Shown piece by piece: positions 49,465 through 60,716 of a stretch of DNA of 64,000 nt. A model generated the notes under the pieces. That model saw only the letters and a list, made by a program, of their open reading frames with translations, searched no databases and was not told where the DNA came from. Numbering within the stretch: the first letter of the stretch is position 1; each line of letters begins with the position of its first letter. This stretch comes from Gemmatimonadetes bacterium 13_2_20CM_2_65_7. Its GTDB lineage: Bacteria; Gemmatimonadota; Gemmatimonadetes; Gemmatimonadales; GWC2-71-9. The stretch covers positions 151 through 64,150 of the forward strand of contig MNDR01000083.1 of NCBI GenBank assembly GCA_001915025.1, in the 5' to 3' direction. The position numbers and the translations under genes were made by a program.

Positions 49465-49923
49465 CTAAGAACCGGGCGCCTGCGGCGACGAAGGGGGAGG
49501 GGATGAAGACGGTGACGTCGGTGCGGGCATGGGAGGCATCTGTGACACCGTGATCGGCACGGTGGCTTTGCGCTCGCCGTCGACAGTGATCTCGAACCGG
49601 TATTGCCCAGCGTGCGGGAACGGGACGTCGAACACCAGCACCGCCGCTGCCTCGATCTCCGTCACGCCCGCGGGCGGCTCAGCGAAATTCACCGTGCCCG
49701 AGCCGCCCAGGAGCTCCGCATCCTCCTCATCCATCAATCTGATCTGCACCTGATGCTCGCCGACTTCGGTGCGCTTGCCTTTCAGGCGGAGCACCAGATG
49801 CAGCCGCGGGTGCATCGCCGGGAATTGCGGCACCCAGATGTGCTGGAAGATGCCGAGTACCGACATCTTGCCCGACTGATCGACCAGCGCATAATCGGCG
49901 ACGACCGCGAAATCGAGATGCAT
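49465..49923 (-). CDS. Hypothetical beta-sandwich protein (DUF6941-like)
   Basis: ADYA..D..GK.SVLGIF and FP.AG.Y.F.I.VDG pattern; Pro/Ser-rich tail. Confidence 0.7.
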   Translation of the reverse strand: MHLDFAVVADYALVDQSGKMSVLGIFQHIWVPQFPAMHPRLHLVLRLKGKRTEVGEHQVQIRLMDEEDAELLGGSGTVNFAEPPAGVTEIEAAAVLVFDVPFPHAGQYRFEITVDGERKATVPITVSQMPPMPAPTSPSSSPPPSSPQAPGS

Positions 49924-51066
49924 CTATGGCCAATGCTTCGAGACCGGTACCAACACACGCGTGCGGTCCCAGGTGATCGCCAAAATGCTGCCCTTGTTGG
50001 CCGGCTCGAACGAGATAGTGAGTTGCTCCACCGGTGTCGCCAACGTCTCCACTTTCGCGTCAATCCGAATCAAATCGAGCTCCCGATTGTACTCGGTCCC
50101 CCACTGGCCGGTCTGCTTGTTGATGATGACCTTCCATCCGGTCGGCGTGGGCAGGGTCCACAACGTGTACTTGCCCGCTCGGACCACCTGCGCGGCTCCG
50201 CCGTCTCCGATCACGATATCGCCCGCGGCACTGAGTTGCGTCGCCGCGTTCGCGCCTGTGCGCCACACCGCATTCCAGGGCACGATGTTGCCGAAGATCT
50301 CCCGGCCGCGTTTCTGGGGCCGGCTGTAGTCAATCCAGACGTCGACGCCTTGCAGGTTGGCGCGCGTGGTATCGCGCGGTGAGAGCTGCCCAAGCGGGCG
50401 GTTCGCGAAAGACTGCGTCGCTTGCGCCATCGGGACGGACGCGACGCGCTGGACTTCGACTTGCAGCGTGCTGCCTTTTCCAGTGAGCCAGGTAAGGTGC
50501 CCCTGTCGGTCGAGACGAAATGTGAATGGACCGACGCCCGCGAGCTGGCCCTCATCGAGCATGAACACAAGCGTGTCGCCGCCGCGCTTACGGATGTAGC
50601 CGCCGCTGGTCTGGTTGGCAGACGCCAGCGCCGTGAACCGCACACTGTCCTTCCCCGTGGCGCGAGCCCACCGGCCCATGTGTTCCAACAAGCCATATCC
50701 GTAGATCAGGAAGGGGAACGTGCCCCGCGGCACGGCGAACTTCGACGTCACGGTGCCGTCACCCTGCGGAGATACCATCACTGCAGTGTCGCCGGAGAAG
50801 TCGACCGAGGCCTTCGTCTCCATCGGCCCCGGGCCGCCACCGATATTGTGAGTGACCAGCTCCCACCGGCGAACCGTGCCGTCGGGATTGAGATCGGCGG
50901 TATAGATGCGATGCAGGCTGCGGGGCGTACGGACCACGTACTCGCCGCGCAGCTGTGTCGCGGTGCGCGTGTACTGCTCGAGGGCCACCGTGTCGGTGCC
51001 GAGCCGCACCACGAAGGCTCCCGAATCCTGAACGGCGACGGACAGCGTCAAGAGTAGCGCCAGCAT
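49924..51066 (-). CDS. Exported DUF2911-like protein
   Basis: Signal peptide; C-terminal SP...IDYSRP.KRGREIFG.IVPW..VWRTGANAAT, GKYTLWTLP and WG.EY. Confidence 0.82.
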   Translation of the reverse strand: MLALLLTLSVAVQDSGAFVVRLGTDTVALEQYTRTATQLRGEYVVRTPRSLHRIYTADLNPDGTVRRWELVTHNIGGGPGPMETKASVDFSGDTAVMVSPQGDGTVTSKFAVPRGTFPFLIYGYGLLEHMGRWARATGKDSVRFTALASANQTSGGYIRKRGGDTLVFMLDEGQLAGVGPFTFRLDRQGHLTWLTGKGSTLQVEVQRVASVPMAQATQSFANRPLGQLSPRDTTRANLQGVDVWIDYSRPQKRGREIFGNIVPWNAVWRTGANAATQLSAAGDIVIGDGGAAQVVRAGKYTLWTLPTPTGWKVIINKQTGQWGTEYNRELDLIRIDAKVETLATPVEQLTISFEPANKGSILAITWDRTRVLVPVSKHWP

Positions 51067-51081
51067 GCGATGCCTCCTGCT

Positions 51082-51531
51082 CTATGAGACGCGAATCGAT
51101 GTGATCTCGTCGTTCCCCTTGATGGCGTTGACGACGTCCATCCCCTTGGTGACCTGCCCGAACACCGTGTGCACGCCATCGAGATGGCGCTGCGGCGAAT
51201 GACAGATGAAGAACTGGCTGCCACCGGTGTCCTTGCCGGCGTGCGCCATCGAGAGCGTCCCCGCCACGTGCTTATGCACGTTCTTCTGCGTTTCGCATTT
51301 GATCGTGTAGCCCGGTCCACCCGTGCCCACCGGTCCCTTGCCCGTCTTGGAGTAGGGATCGCCGCCTTGAATCATGAAGTTCGGAATGACACGATGAAAC
51401 TTGGTGCCGTCGTAGAATTTGGAATTCGCGAGCTTCTCGAAATTCGCTACCGTGCCGGGGACTTCGTCGCCGAACAACTCCAGCTCGATCGTCCCTCGGG
51501 CCGTTTCCATCACCGCTTTCTTATTCGGCAT
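51082..51531 (-). CDS. Cyclophilin-type peptidyl-prolyl isomerase
   Basis: [36 protein letters not shown] and [12 protein letters not shown]. Confidence 0.96.
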   Translation of the reverse strand: MPNKKAVMETARGTIELELFGDEVPGTVANFEKLANSKFYDGTKFHRVIPNFMIQGGDPYSKTGKGPVGTGGPGYTIKCETQKNVHKHVAGTLSMAHAGKDTGGSQFFICHSPQRHLDGVHTVFGQVTKGMDVVNAIKGNDEITSIRVS

Positions 51532-52509
51532 CTACATCCTCGCGTTGAGGTTCTCCTCGACCTGCGCGACAGTCTTCATGCCTACGAGTGCGCACGCGAT
51601 GTCCGTGCGGTCGAGCACGAACTTGAGCGCCAGCTGCGCCGCCGTCATTTCCCCCCCCGATTGCTCGGCGAGCTCGCGCACGCGCCGACCGAGGGCACTG
51701 AGCTGCGCGACGTAGGGGCGCGGCATACGGCTGCGGATGTCGCCACGCTCCCACCTGCTGTCGGCACTGTACCGGCCGCTCAGAAAACCATTCGCCAGCG
51801 TTTCCCGCGCGATCACGCCCACATTGGCGGCGTGCGCTGTCGGTAGGAATGTGTCCTCGGCTTCGCGCCGCGCCAAGTTGTAGACGATTTGGATAGTGTC
51901 AGGCATGGTGGCGTTGATCGCGGCCAGGCCCTCCTCGGGAGGATGGACCGAGACGCCGTAAAACCTGATCAAACCGTCCCGTTTCATCTCCTCCAGCGGC
52001 TCGTAGGTGCCCATCGCGGCAATGAGCTGCAGCGGCGGATTGTGGAGCTGGAGCAGATCGATCCGGTCGGTTCGCAACCGCTCGAGCGAGCGTTCCACCG
52101 CAAATCGCAGATACCCCGGCGTGAAGTTGGCGTCATGCGAGACGGGCAGCGGCGCACCGGCGTCGATCTCATCGAGCGACTTCCCGACCGTCTGTGCGAT
52201 GCGCTCGCGCATGAGCGGCTGAATGTCGCGGTTGTAAAAGTTGCCGCCGACCTTGGTGGCGATGATCACCTGATCGCGAACGTCGCGCAACGCCTCGCCG
52301 AGCAATGCTTCGGACTGGCCGTGGCCGTACACGTCGGCGGTGTCGAAGAAATTGCAGCCGAGCTCGAACGCTCGGCGGATCGCCCGCTTGGACTCGCCAT
52401 CATCCGTCGATCCGTAGGAATTGCCGAACGCGTTCCCGCCGATCGCCCAGGCTCCGAAACCGATCTCACTGATCGAGAGCCCTGTGCGGCCGAGGGTTCG
52501 ACGGTTCAC
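51532..52509 (-). CDS. Aldo/keto reductase
   Basis: LGRTGLSISEIGFG, FFDTADVYG, IATKVG and SLERL.TDRIDLLQLH. GTGA coupling fixes the start at 52509. Confidence 0.93.
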   Translation of the reverse strand: MNRRTLGRTGLSISEIGFGAWAIGGNAFGNSYGSTDDGESKRAIRRAFELGCNFFDTADVYGHGQSEALLGEALRDVRDQVIIATKVGGNFYNRDIQPLMRERIAQTVGKSLDEIDAGAPLPVSHDANFTPGYLRFAVERSLERLRTDRIDLLQLHNPPLQLIAAMGTYEPLEEMKRDGLIRFYGVSVHPPEEGLAAINATMPDTIQIVYNLARREAEDTFLPTAHAANVGVIARETLANGFLSGRYSADSRWERGDIRSRMPRPYVAQLSALGRRVRELAEQSGGEMTAAQLALKFVLDRTDIACALVGMKTVAQVEENLNARM

Positions 52510-54524
52510 TGCTCGAGCAGCTCCGCGAGTTTCTCCGGAGTCGAGACCGGCAGCGAGCACGATGTGCCGACGCATACCGTCGCGTTGGGTGCGGCGGTGA
52601 TTTTCCGTATGATCACCGTGCGCGGGCGGTACGTCTGCAGCGCGAGCAGGTGCATCGCGCACGCGGGTCCCGCTCCGCTCGGCCCTGAGACTTCGATTCG
52701 CGTTATGGGGCGCAGCGCCCAGTCGATGGCACGCAGGAACGTGGATCCGTATAGCGATAGCTCCTGGACGCGGCCGGCGAACGCAGCGATCTGGCGACCG
52801 AGTCGCTCCCGCCACTCTGTCTTGTCGGTCATGGCCCAGAGTCTGGCAAGCACCAGGGCGGCCACGCCGTTGGGAGAAGGCGTGGGCGCGTCCTGAACGG
52901 GCTTCGCGCGCGTGGCGAGATAGGCGCGGCCCCCCCCGCTCCCCCCGCCGCCCCCGGTGTCTCGCTTTTCGGCGAGATCGAAGTAGCCACCCGCTGGATC
53001 ACCATGGGCGCGCTCGCAATAGGTCATGACGGAGATCGTTCGCTCGAGCCAGCTGCTTTCACCTGTCGCCTCATAGGCGTCGAGGAACGCCGCGGCAGCC
53101 TGGACGTTGTCCTCGAGCATTCCGTTCGGCTCAGCCCGCCCCCCCCCGAGTACGTGCGTCATACCTGTCTGCGCGTTCCACGCGAGCGTCCAGATGCGCT
53201 CCAGGATCTTGAGGGCGAGGGCATTGCATTCGGGTCGATCGAGAACGGCGCCGGCCTGCAGGAATGCGCCCGCCATCATCGCGTTCCAGTTGACGTACGC
53301 CGTGCGATCGACAAATGGGGCCGGCCGGCGGTCGCGTGCGGCCTTCAGCTTGCGCATCGCCGTTCGCAATACCGGCCATTCATCGTCCCCCGCCGGATCC
53401 TGCTTCCACCACAGCACATTTTTTTTCGTGTTGTGGTGCATCTCACCCGTCTCCGAGATATCGAACACGCTCGAAACGACCGTGCCTTCGGCCGCAGTCA
53501 GTTCCGCCCGTGCTTCTTCCAGCGTCCACGTCCAGTAGTCGCCGTCGTCGCCGAATGTGAGGTCTGCGTCCTGCGATGTCGCGAAGGCGGCGTGCTCCTG
53601 GTCGGCCATTACTTCGAGCACCCAGTCGACGATGCCGGTCGCCACTTCCTTGTACAGGGGAGTCCCGAACGCCTGATAGGCTGACAGGTAAGCGCGCAGC
53701 AGCTCGGAGTTGTCGTACGACATCTTCTCGAAATGGGGAACGATCCAGCGTTCATCCACGGAATAGCGATGAAACCCGCCGCCCAGATGATCGCGGATCC
53801 CCCCCTTTGCCATTCCCGACAGCGTCTTGTCGACGATCTCTCGCTGCCACGCGAGTCCTGCGTTGGCGTCGTGCCAACGGGCGAGCAGGAACTGGATGGC
53901 CGCGGGATGGGGGAACTTGGGCGCGGAGCCGAAGCCGCCGTAGCGAACATCGAACAGACGAGCCATCTGATCCGCCGCGGCGGCGAGCATGGCTTCATCG
54001 GCTGTCCCGGGACGAGATTCGTTCAGCGTTTGCGTGACGTGCTCGCGAATCGCGCGCGCGTTGCTCGCGATGCGGTCACCTTCTTCGCGGAAGGCGCGGG
54101 AGATCTCCATCAGTACCCGCCGGAATCCCGGGCGCCCATACTGGTTGTTGTCAGGCGGGAAATACGTTCCGCCGAAGAAGACTTCGCCGTCCGGCGTCAG
54201 AAACGCCGTCAGCGGCCAGCCGCCCTGGCCACTCAACGCCTGAACGGCTCGTTGGTAGCGAGCATCGACGTCCGGCCGCTCATCCCGATCGACCTTGATG
54301 CAGACGAAGTCGCGATTGAGAATCTCGGCCACGCTCGAGTCCTCGTACGACTCGCCGTCCATGACGTGGCACCAGTGGCACCACACCGCGCCGATGTCGA
54401 GCAGGATCGGCTTGTGCTCGGCCTGCGCTCGGGCGAAGGCCGACTCTCCCCACGGGAGCCAGTGCACGGGCTGGTGCGCGGCGGATTTGAGGTAGGCGGA
54501 CGGCTCGGAGGCCAGCGTGTTCAA
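52506..54524 (-). CDS. YyaL/SPATA20 (DUF255) thioredoxin-domain protein
   Basis: IGAVWCHWCHVM, KVDRDERPDVD, GGWPLT, APKFP and GGFHRYSVD..W.VPHFEKM.YDN. Confidence 0.92.
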   Translation of the reverse strand: MNTLASEPSAYLKSAAHQPVHWLPWGESAFARAQAEHKPILLDIGAVWCHWCHVMDGESYEDSSVAEILNRDFVCIKVDRDERPDVDARYQRAVQALSGQGGWPLTAFLTPDGEVFFGGTYFPPDNNQYGRPGFRRVLMEISRAFREEGDRIASNARAIREHVTQTLNESRPGTADEAMLAAAADQMARLFDVRYGGFGSAPKFPHPAAIQFLLARWHDANAGLAWQREIVDKTLSGMAKGGIRDHLGGGFHRYSVDERWIVPHFEKMSYDNSELLRAYLSAYQAFGTPLYKEVATGIVDWVLEVMADQEHAAFATSQDADLTFGDDGDYWTWTLEEARAELTAAEGTVVSSVFDISETGEMHHNTKKNVLWWKQDPAGDDEWPVLRTAMRKLKAARDRRPAPFVDRTAYVNWNAMMAGAFLQAGAVLDRPECNALALKILERIWTLAWNAQTGMTHVLGGGRAEPNGMLEDNVQAAAAFLDAYEATGESSWLERTISVMTYCERAHGDPAGGYFDLAEKRDTGGGGGSGGGRAYLATRAKPVQDAPTPSPNGVAALVLARLWAMTDKTEWRERLGRQIAAFAGRVQELSLYGSTFLRAIDWALRPITRIEVSGPSGAGPACAMHLLALQTYRPRTVIIRKITAAPNATVCVGTSCSLPVSTPEKLAELLEQ

Positions 54525-55672
54525 CTCAAGAATCTCACGGCGGTTCTCGTCAGCAGCTCCGCGCCGATAACCAGCGATTCCTCGTCGATATCGAATGTCG
54601 GGCTGTGGTGCGGCGCGCTTCCGCTGCTCCCGGCCGAACCCACGAACGCGAAACAGCCGGGCACCCGCTCCAGGAAATACGCCATATCCTCGCCACCCAT
54701 CGTGCGGACACTATCGCGGACGTTGGTTCTCCCGACGAGATCGACGGCCACATCCCGCACGAGGTCGCTCAACTGCCGGTCGTTGACGAGCGGCGCGCTC
54801 AGGCGGCGATACTGCACTTCCGCGCGCGCGCCGAACGCTGCCGCAATTCCCTGAGCGGTCTCTTCGATCAGCTGCGGCGCTCGCTCGTAGAATCTGCCGC
54901 CGAACGTGCGCACGGTGCCGCGCAAATCGGCGCGCGCCGGAATGACGTTGAATGCGCGGCCGGCATGCACCTCCGTGACCGACACAACGGCCTCCTCGAG
55001 CGGGTCCCGGCGTCGCGAGATCAGACTTTGGAGCGCCGTGACGACGTGCGCGGCAACGAGAACGGAGTCGATGGCTTGGTGCGGCGCGGCTGCATGGCCG
55101 CCGCGTCCGTGGATCGTGATCTCGAACTGATCGACGGACGCCATGAACGGGCCGGGAGTCACGGCGATGGTTCCCACGGGCAGCTCATTCCACAGGTGAA
55201 TGCCGAACGCGGCGCTCACTTGGGGCGCCTCCAGCACGCCATCGACGATCATCGCCTGCGCGCCGTTCGACGCCTCCTCAGCCGGCTGGAAAGCGAACTT
55301 CACGCTGCCGGGGAGATCGAGTGCCGCGAGTCGTCGGGCTACCTCGAGACCGATCGCAACGTGCCCGTCGTGGCCGCACGCATGCATCTTGCCCGGGTGC
55401 TGCGACCGGTACGGTACCGCGTTTGCTTCTTCTATCGGAAGCGCGTCCATGTCGGCGCGCAGCAGCACACAGCGCGCGTCAGCTCGTCCGTTTCGGACCG
55501 CGACGACGCCCGTTCTCCCAACGCCCGTCTTCACCTGGTAGCCGAGGCTGCGGAGGCGGTCTGCGGCGAGCGCCGCCGTGCGCGTCTCCTCGAACCCGAG
55601 CTCAGGATGCTGATGGATGTCGCGGCGCGTGGCGACCAACGTGGATCGATCGACCGGTGGCAGAGTGATCAT
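54521..55672 (-). CDS. M20D family amidohydrolase
   Basis: [50 protein letters not shown] and PHHSPTF. Confidence 0.93.
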   Translation of the reverse strand: MITLPPVDRSTLVATRRDIHQHPELGFEETRTAALAADRLRSLGYQVKTGVGRTGVVAVRNGRADARCVLLRADMDALPIEEANAVPYRSQHPGKMHACGHDGHVAIGLEVARRLAALDLPGSVKFAFQPAEEASNGAQAMIVDGVLEAPQVSAAFGIHLWNELPVGTIAVTPGPFMASVDQFEITIHGRGGHAAAPHQAIDSVLVAAHVVTALQSLISRRRDPLEEAVVSVTEVHAGRAFNVIPARADLRGTVRTFGGRFYERAPQLIEETAQGIAAAFGARAEVQYRRLSAPLVNDRQLSDLVRDVAVDLVGRTNVRDSVRTMGGEDMAYFLERVPGCFAFVGSAGSSGSAPHHSPTFDIDEESLVIGAELLTRTAVRFLS

Positions 55673-56328
55673 ACCGTCGAGCTCGGACACAACCGGTTGA
55701 GCACGCACTCCGCGCATCGTGGCCGGCGCGCGATGCAGACCTGACGCCCGTGCTGGATCAACGTGTGCGAGAACCACGTCCAGTCTTCTCGCGGCACAAT
55801 GTCCATCAGCTCCTGCTCGATCTTCACCGGATCGTCCTGGCGACGCAGCTTGAGCAGCCCTGTGAGACGCTGGACGTGGGTGTCCACCACGATTCCTTCA
55901 TTCTTCTTGAACCAGGTGCCCAGGATCACGTTTGCCGTCTTGCGCCCCACCCCCGGGAGCGCGGTCAGCTCTTCCATTGTCTGCGGCACTTCGCCCCCAT
56001 GCCGCTCCACCAGCGCCTGCGCCATTCCGATGATCGATTTGGTCTTGTTGCGGAAGAACCCCGTGGACTGGATCTCCTGCTCGAGGACTTTTGGATCGGC
56101 GGCGGCATAATCGGCGGCGGTGCGGTACTTCGCGAACAGCTGCGGCGTGACCAGGTTGACCCGGGCGTCGGTGCACTGCGCTGACAGGATCGTCGCCACC
56201 ACGAGCTCCAACGCGCTCGTGTGATGCAATGCGCAGCTGGCGTCCGGGTACTCCCGCTTCAGACGGGCGATGATTTTCTTCGCCCGCGCCTTGCGTTCGA
56301 GGGCTCCCGCGGCTGCTTTCGTCTTCAT
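55669..56328 (-). CDS. nth: Endonuclease III
   Basis: LSAQCTD, HhH motif [16 protein letters not shown], and the 4Fe-4S motif C-x6-C-x2-C-x5-C. Confidence 0.96.
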   Translation of the reverse strand: MKTKAAAGALERKARAKKIIARLKREYPDASCALHHTSALELVVATILSAQCTDARVNLVTPQLFAKYRTAADYAAADPKVLEQEIQSTGFFRNKTKSIIGMAQALVERHGGEVPQTMEELTALPGVGRKTANVILGTWFKKNEGIVVDTHVQRLTGLLKLRRQDDPVKIEQELMDIVPREDWTWFSHTLIQHGRQVCIARRPRCAECVLNRLCPSSTV

Positions 56329-57011
56329 GGGGATGCGGCGGAATCTAGCAGCGTCAGGAGCCGGCTGGTGAGCAGGAGCAGCTCGCCGGGATTGGCGACC
56401 GAATACAGTCCGGCCGCGGTCCCACCGGTCAGCATCGGACCGAACGCTGCGGTGCCATCCTCGCGCGCCGCGGCAACCTCGATCTCTCCGCCTGATGCGT
56501 CGTCGGCATCGGCATGGCCTTGCAATCCAACCGCGCTGAACCCCGGTCGATCCGGTCGCAGACCAAAGATGCCAAGTACGGCGATCTCTCCAGGCACGGC
56601 CGTTCCGCTCACAAACATCCCATCGAGCGGCTCCGCCGGTGCGTCGGCGTTCGGCGACCCCCAGACGCGCAACTCGGGCAGTTGCAGATATAGAGAAGAC
56701 CGCCGCAGGTCTGATGCGATGCGCTTATTCGTGATCGCGCTGCGCAGCGCCCGCTCACTCACCTGATAGACCCAGCTGCCGCCCGCCCAGTGCAAATACG
56801 CATGATGAAGCAAGAGGACGTGCGCCTCCAGCGCATCTGCGCCCGCCGCGTCGGGGACGATGCTCCGCAGCAATCGACCCACGGGCTCGAGCAACACGAA
56901 GCGGTCGCGCTGCATCGGATCCACGTCATTCTGCCGCAGTGCCTCTGCGATCAACGGAAACTGCTCGGCGGCGAGCTCCGCAAAGACGAGGTCGAACGGC
57001 GTGGCTCTCAT
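56325..57011 (-). CDS. Hypothetical protein
   Basis: ATGA coupling on both sides; protein-like composition. Confidence 0.7.
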   Translation of the reverse strand: MRATPFDLVFAELAAEQFPLIAEALRQNDVDPMQRDRFVLLEPVGRLLRSIVPDAAGADALEAHVLLLHHAYLHWAGGSWVYQVSERALRSAITNKRIASDLRRSSLYLQLPELRVWGSPNADAPAEPLDGMFVSGTAVPGEIAVLGIFGLRPDRPGFSAVGLQGHADADDASGGEIEVAAAREDGTAAFGPMLTGGTAAGLYSVANPGELLLLTSRLLTLLDSAASP

Positions 57012-57865
57012 GATGAAGGCAGAAACTCGTCGAGGGCCCGAACGAATTCCTGGGTCGCTTCCACATGTGGGCAATGCCCGACGGGAAGCTCGATCAGGCT
57101 GGCGCGCAGCAGGCCGGCGAGCTCTCGCGAGCCCGCGATCGGAATTGGATCGAATGTGCCGTGGATGACACGAGATGCGGGAAGGGGGATGCGGGATGCG
57201 AGCTCACGGAGCTGCGGCCGCAGATCGTACTCACCCAGGCTCTTCCACACGGCATCCTGCGTGCGAGCCGTGACGCGAAATGGCGTGAGTTTGCGGGCGT
57301 CGTGGAAGTCACGAAAATACCCGGCCACCGAAAGCTCGAAGGCGCGACGCTGGTATGCGGCTGGATCCCGCTCCCGCAGACCGCTCGCGCGCAGGTCGTC
57401 CCGTTCGCGCTGGATCTCGGGAGCGGACATGCGGCGGGCGAATTCCGCTTCGAACTCGCGGCGGTACGCGACGGTGATCGAGGCGGGCGACACGAGCGTG
57501 AGACGTTCGACGTGCGCCGAGTGCTCGAGCAGGTAGAGCACCGCGAGCAGCCCGCCCCAGGAATAGCCGCAGATGGTCAGCCGTTCGATTCCGAGGATCG
57601 CGCGCAACGCCTCGAGGTCGGCGACATGCTCGCGCCAGCCGACAGGCGTGTCGCGGGACACGGGTGATTGGCCGCCGCCGCGCTGGTCGTAATAGAACAG
57701 CTCCCGCCGGTTCGCCAAGAGGTCGTACTGGGGCAGCAAATAGTCATGGTGTGCGCCGGGCCCGCCGTGCAGAACGACCACGAGGGGTCCAGAGCCGCCC
57801 CCGCCCCCCCCGCCCCCCCCGACGCGGCGCGTGAAGAGCCGAACGCCGTTTACTTCAACGAACAC
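57008..57865 (-). CDS. Alpha/beta hydrolase (proline iminopeptidase-like)
   Basis: LHGGPG, YDQRGGGQS, GYSWGG, HG.FD and GHCPHVE. Confidence 0.9.
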   Translation of the reverse strand: MFVEVNGVRLFTRRVGGGGGGGGGSGPLVVVLHGGPGAHHDYLLPQYDLLANRRELFYYDQRGGGQSPVSRDTPVGWREHVADLEALRAILGIERLTICGYSWGGLLAVLYLLEHSAHVERLTLVSPASITVAYRREFEAEFARRMSAPEIQRERDDLRASGLRERDPAAYQRRAFELSVAGYFRDFHDARKLTPFRVTARTQDAVWKSLGEYDLRPQLRELASRIPLPASRVIHGTFDPIPIAGSRELAGLLRASLIELPVGHCPHVEATQEFVRALDEFLPSS

Positions 57866-57876
57866 GGAGGGAGGAA

Positions 57877-58323
57877 CTAGAGGAGCACCGCGAGGGCGTC
57901 GGCGACCGTTTTCACATCAGCGTGTTCGCGCTCGCCAAATCCGTCGCGCACGTCGGAATCGATGTCGATCTGGCCGAGGATGTGGTCGCCGCGGCGGATC
58001 AGCACCACCAACTCCGACTTCGTGAACGCGTTGCACGCGAGATAATTGCCGACTGCGGTGACGTCTGGAATGTTCTGGTCGGCCTTCTCAGCCACGGCTG
58101 TCCCGCACACGCCGGCGCCAACGGGAATGCGGACGTGCTCGGTGTCGCGGCCGGCGTGCGCTTCGAGAATGAGCTCGCCGTCGTGCAGCATGTACGCGTA
58201 GACGGACGTGTAGGGCGGGCCCCACGATTGGATGCGGTCGCAGGCCATTTGCAGCAGGGCTTGGCGGCTCGCATCGTGCAAATGTGCCGCTCGCAATGCG
58301 CGGACGACGCCTGCGGTTGCCAT
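57877..58323 (-). CDS. Stand-alone GAF domain protein, free methionine-R-sulfoxide reductase (MsrC/fRMsr)-like
   Basis: RIPVGAGVCGTA, V.NYLAC, SELVV and GQIDIDS. Confidence 0.8.
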   Translation of the reverse strand: MATAGVVRALRAAHLHDASRQALLQMACDRIQSWGPPYTSVYAYMLHDGELILEAHAGRDTEHVRIPVGAGVCGTAVAEKADQNIPDVTAVGNYLACNAFTKSELVVLIRRGDHILGQIDIDSDVRDGFGEREHADVKTVADALAVLL

Positions 58324-58380
58324 GATGGTTTACTTTAGCCGCGACGACGAGACACCGGAAGCGTTAAATTGACCGTCCCC

Positions 58381-59904
58381 ATGACCAGCCCGCAGGAATT
58401 CGCGCTGCTCTTTGCGCGCACGCTCGACCTGTTTCGCGACCCGGGCGCGAAGGACGAACAGAAGGCGCGGTTTCGCGCATTGGTGGTGCTCGTCAAGGCG
58501 GAAGCCGCGACGATCGCGGCGCAGGACGGCCGGCTGATCGTCAATGGGACGATGCTGCCGCCCCCCGAACCCGGAACCCCCGAGGACTCGCTGCTGCAGC
58601 GGCTGGAATTCCACGCGGTGAAGGCGATCTCGATCCCCGCCGATCCTCCGCTCAGCGAAATGTTCGAGCTGCTGAAAGTCCTTGCCGAGCAACCGGGCGA
58701 GGAAGACATCGCGACGCGGCTGCGCGGCAGCGGCACCACGCGCATCGGGATCGAGATACAGCGTTTCGTGATTGAGGCCACCGTGCCAGTGACGACGGCT
58801 CCGAAGCTGGCTTCCCCGGCCCCCCCGGCCCAGCCGGCCCCCTCCGACCCCGACGTTCCGCCGATCGTTCAGGAAACGTTGATGCACGGAACAGCGTTTT
58901 CTCCCGCCGCGGCGGCGACGCGCCCGTCGGCGGAGCTGCTGGCAGAGCTGCTCGAACGACCATCGGGACCACACGCCGGCGATCTGCTCGCCGTGCTCGG
59001 CAGGCAGCTCGAGACCGCCATGAAGATGCACCGCATGGGGCAGTCGCTGGCGATTATCGTCGGCGTCGTGCGAGCGGAACAGCAGGTGACCGATGCGACG
59101 CGGCGCCGCCAGTACTCGATCGCATTGAAGCGGATGTACAGCAAGGCGCTGCTCGAGGCGGTGGCGGAGGTCGCCAATATCCCGGGCCATCGCGACGACG
59201 CGCTGCTCGTACTGCGACGAGCTGGTGAGGACGGCGTGGAGGTCCTGCTGGATTTGCTCGCGGCCGCTCCGACCATCGACGAGCGGCGCGGCATTTTCAT
59301 GGCGCTGACCGGCATGAAGGAGGGCACTGACCAGCTCGTGCACATGCTCGGCCACCACCAATGGTTTGTGGTGCGCAACGTGGCGGAGCTAGCGGGAGAG
59401 CTTGGTCTCGACGAAGCGGTCCCGGCGCTTGCGCAGCAGCTGGATCACGACGATGAAAGGGTTCGCAAGGCGGTTGCGCTGGCACTCGCCAAGATCGGCT
59501 CGAGCGGCGCTGCCGAGCCATTGCGGCGCGCATTGCGCGACAAGTCACCGGAGGTGCGGATCCAGGCGGCGCTGGGCGTCGGCGGCCGGAAATCGAGCGC
59601 GCTCGCGATGCCACTCGTGGTGGCAATGGAAGAAGAGGAGGATGAACGGGTCGAGCGCGAGTTGATTCTGGCGTTGGGCCGCATCGGCAGTCCTGCGGCG
59701 GTTCAGGCGCTCATCAAGTTCGCCCAACCGGGCGGACGCCTGTTCGGCCGGCAGCCCGCGGGCCTGCGCGCGATCGCAATCGAAGCACTGCGCCTCGCCG
59801 CGACACCGGCGGCGGTCGGAACGCTCGAAGGTCTGACCGATGACGGCGACAAGCAGGTGCGAGCAGCCGCCCAGTCGGCTCTCGCCGATTTGAAGCGGAA
59901 ATAA
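58381..59904 (+). CDS. HEAT-repeat protein
   Basis: C-terminal HEAT/PBS repeats (WFVVRN, DERVRKAVALAL, SPEVRIQAALG, DKQVRAAA); Pro-rich linker. Confidence 0.85.
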   Translation: MTSPQEFALLFARTLDLFRDPGAKDEQKARFRALVVLVKAEAATIAAQDGRLIVNGTMLPPPEPGTPEDSLLQRLEFHAVKAISIPADPPLSEMFELLKVLAEQPGEEDIATRLRGSGTTRIGIEIQRFVIEATVPVTTAPKLASPAPPAQPAPSDPDVPPIVQETLMHGTAFSPAAAATRPSAELLAELLERPSGPHAGDLLAVLGRQLETAMKMHRMGQSLAIIVGVVRAEQQVTDATRRRQYSIALKRMYSKALLEAVAEVANIPGHRDDALLVLRRAGEDGVEVLLDLLAAAPTIDERRGIFMALTGMKEGTDQLVHMLGHHQWFVVRNVAELAGELGLDEAVPALAQQLDHDDERVRKAVALALAKIGSSGAAEPLRRALRDKSPEVRIQAALGVGGRKSSALAMPLVVAMEEEEDERVERELILALGRIGSPAAVQALIKFAQPGGRLFGRQPAGLRAIAIEALRLAATPAAVGTLEGLTDDGDKQVRAAAQSALADLKRK

Positions 59905-60006
59905 GGCTCGCAGAACGCCACAAAAGCTGCATAACGCAACGTCAAATAATCCTACGGCAGCACAGGCGATTTCTGCACCGTTTTTCCATCGTATCGCACG
60001 CTCCAC

Positions 60007-60050
60007 CAACCACTTATACGTCGAGCGCAGGTTGTGGGTGCGCTTCTTGC
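60007..60050 (+). promoter_or_regulatory. Candidate sigma54 promoter with upstream IHF-like site
   Basis: GG(60037-38)-N10-GC(60049-50) in GGGTGCGCTTCTTGC. CAACCACTTA at 60007-60016 resembles the IHF core CAA-N4-TTR. Confidence 0.45.
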
Positions 60051-60103
60051 CCCTGTTGGCGGTGCTGTTTCAGTGAGCCACAAACTTTGGTCAGGAGACC
60101 AGG

Positions 60104-60692
60104 ATGCGCGTCCCACTGATAGTACTGGCCCTCGTCGCCATGCCGATTGCGGCTGGTGTCGCGCAGGGCAACGATAAAAACAAGTGCAAAGGCAGTAACC
60201 CAACTGCGATGGCGAATGCGCACAATCCGCCGCCGGGACAGGTGAAGAAGGACTGTCCGGTGCCGGCGTCGCCTCCGCCACCGCCGGCCGCCTCCGCCCG
60301 CGCCGCCTCCAGCGCCGCCGCCACCTCCACCTCCGGCGCCTGCGCCGGGGATCGATGAGGTCCACGGGATGGTGTGGGAGGATATCGATGGCAACGGCAG
60401 CCGCGATCCGTTCGCCGGTGAAATGGGCCTGATGGGCTGGGACGTTCAGTTGCTGGACGCGAGCGGCCTGCTGCTGGCCACGCAGACGACCGACGCGTCA
60501 GGTAACTATGTGTTCGCGGGGCTTTCGGCAGGCACGTACAGCACGTGCGTCGTCCCCCAGAGCACCTACACCCAGACGTTTCCGACCAGTGGGACGGGTT
60601 GTGGTGGGCTAGGGTATTCGTTCACGATTCTGCCCAGCTCGTTCGCCACCTGGGTGACGAACATCGACTTCGGTGAGATGTTGAAGCCGTAA
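60104..60692 (+). pseudogene. Exported Pro-linker plus SdrD-B-like domain protein split by a 1-nt insertion (frameshift or sequencing error)
   Basis: Removing one G at 60286-60287 joins the 84-aa signal-peptide ORF to the 107-aa ORF via [29 protein letters not shown]. Motifs GMVWEDIDGNG.RD, TTDASGNYVF.GL.AG.Y and NIDFGE. Confidence 0.75.
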
Positions 60693-60716
60693 CGAGTAAC
60701 AACTCCTGACCAACCG

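Noticed and set aside
54365-54385. CxxCH-like motif (WCHWCH) in the YyaL protein
   Set aside because: This is the family's thioredoxin-like motif in a protein with no signal peptide, not a heme c site.
59905-60103. Riboswitch or sRNA in the long intergenic region upstream of the SdrD-B-like gene
   Set aside because: I could not recognise any conserved aptamer motif; a promoter/enhancer explanation suffices. An Rfam/Infernal scan would settle it.
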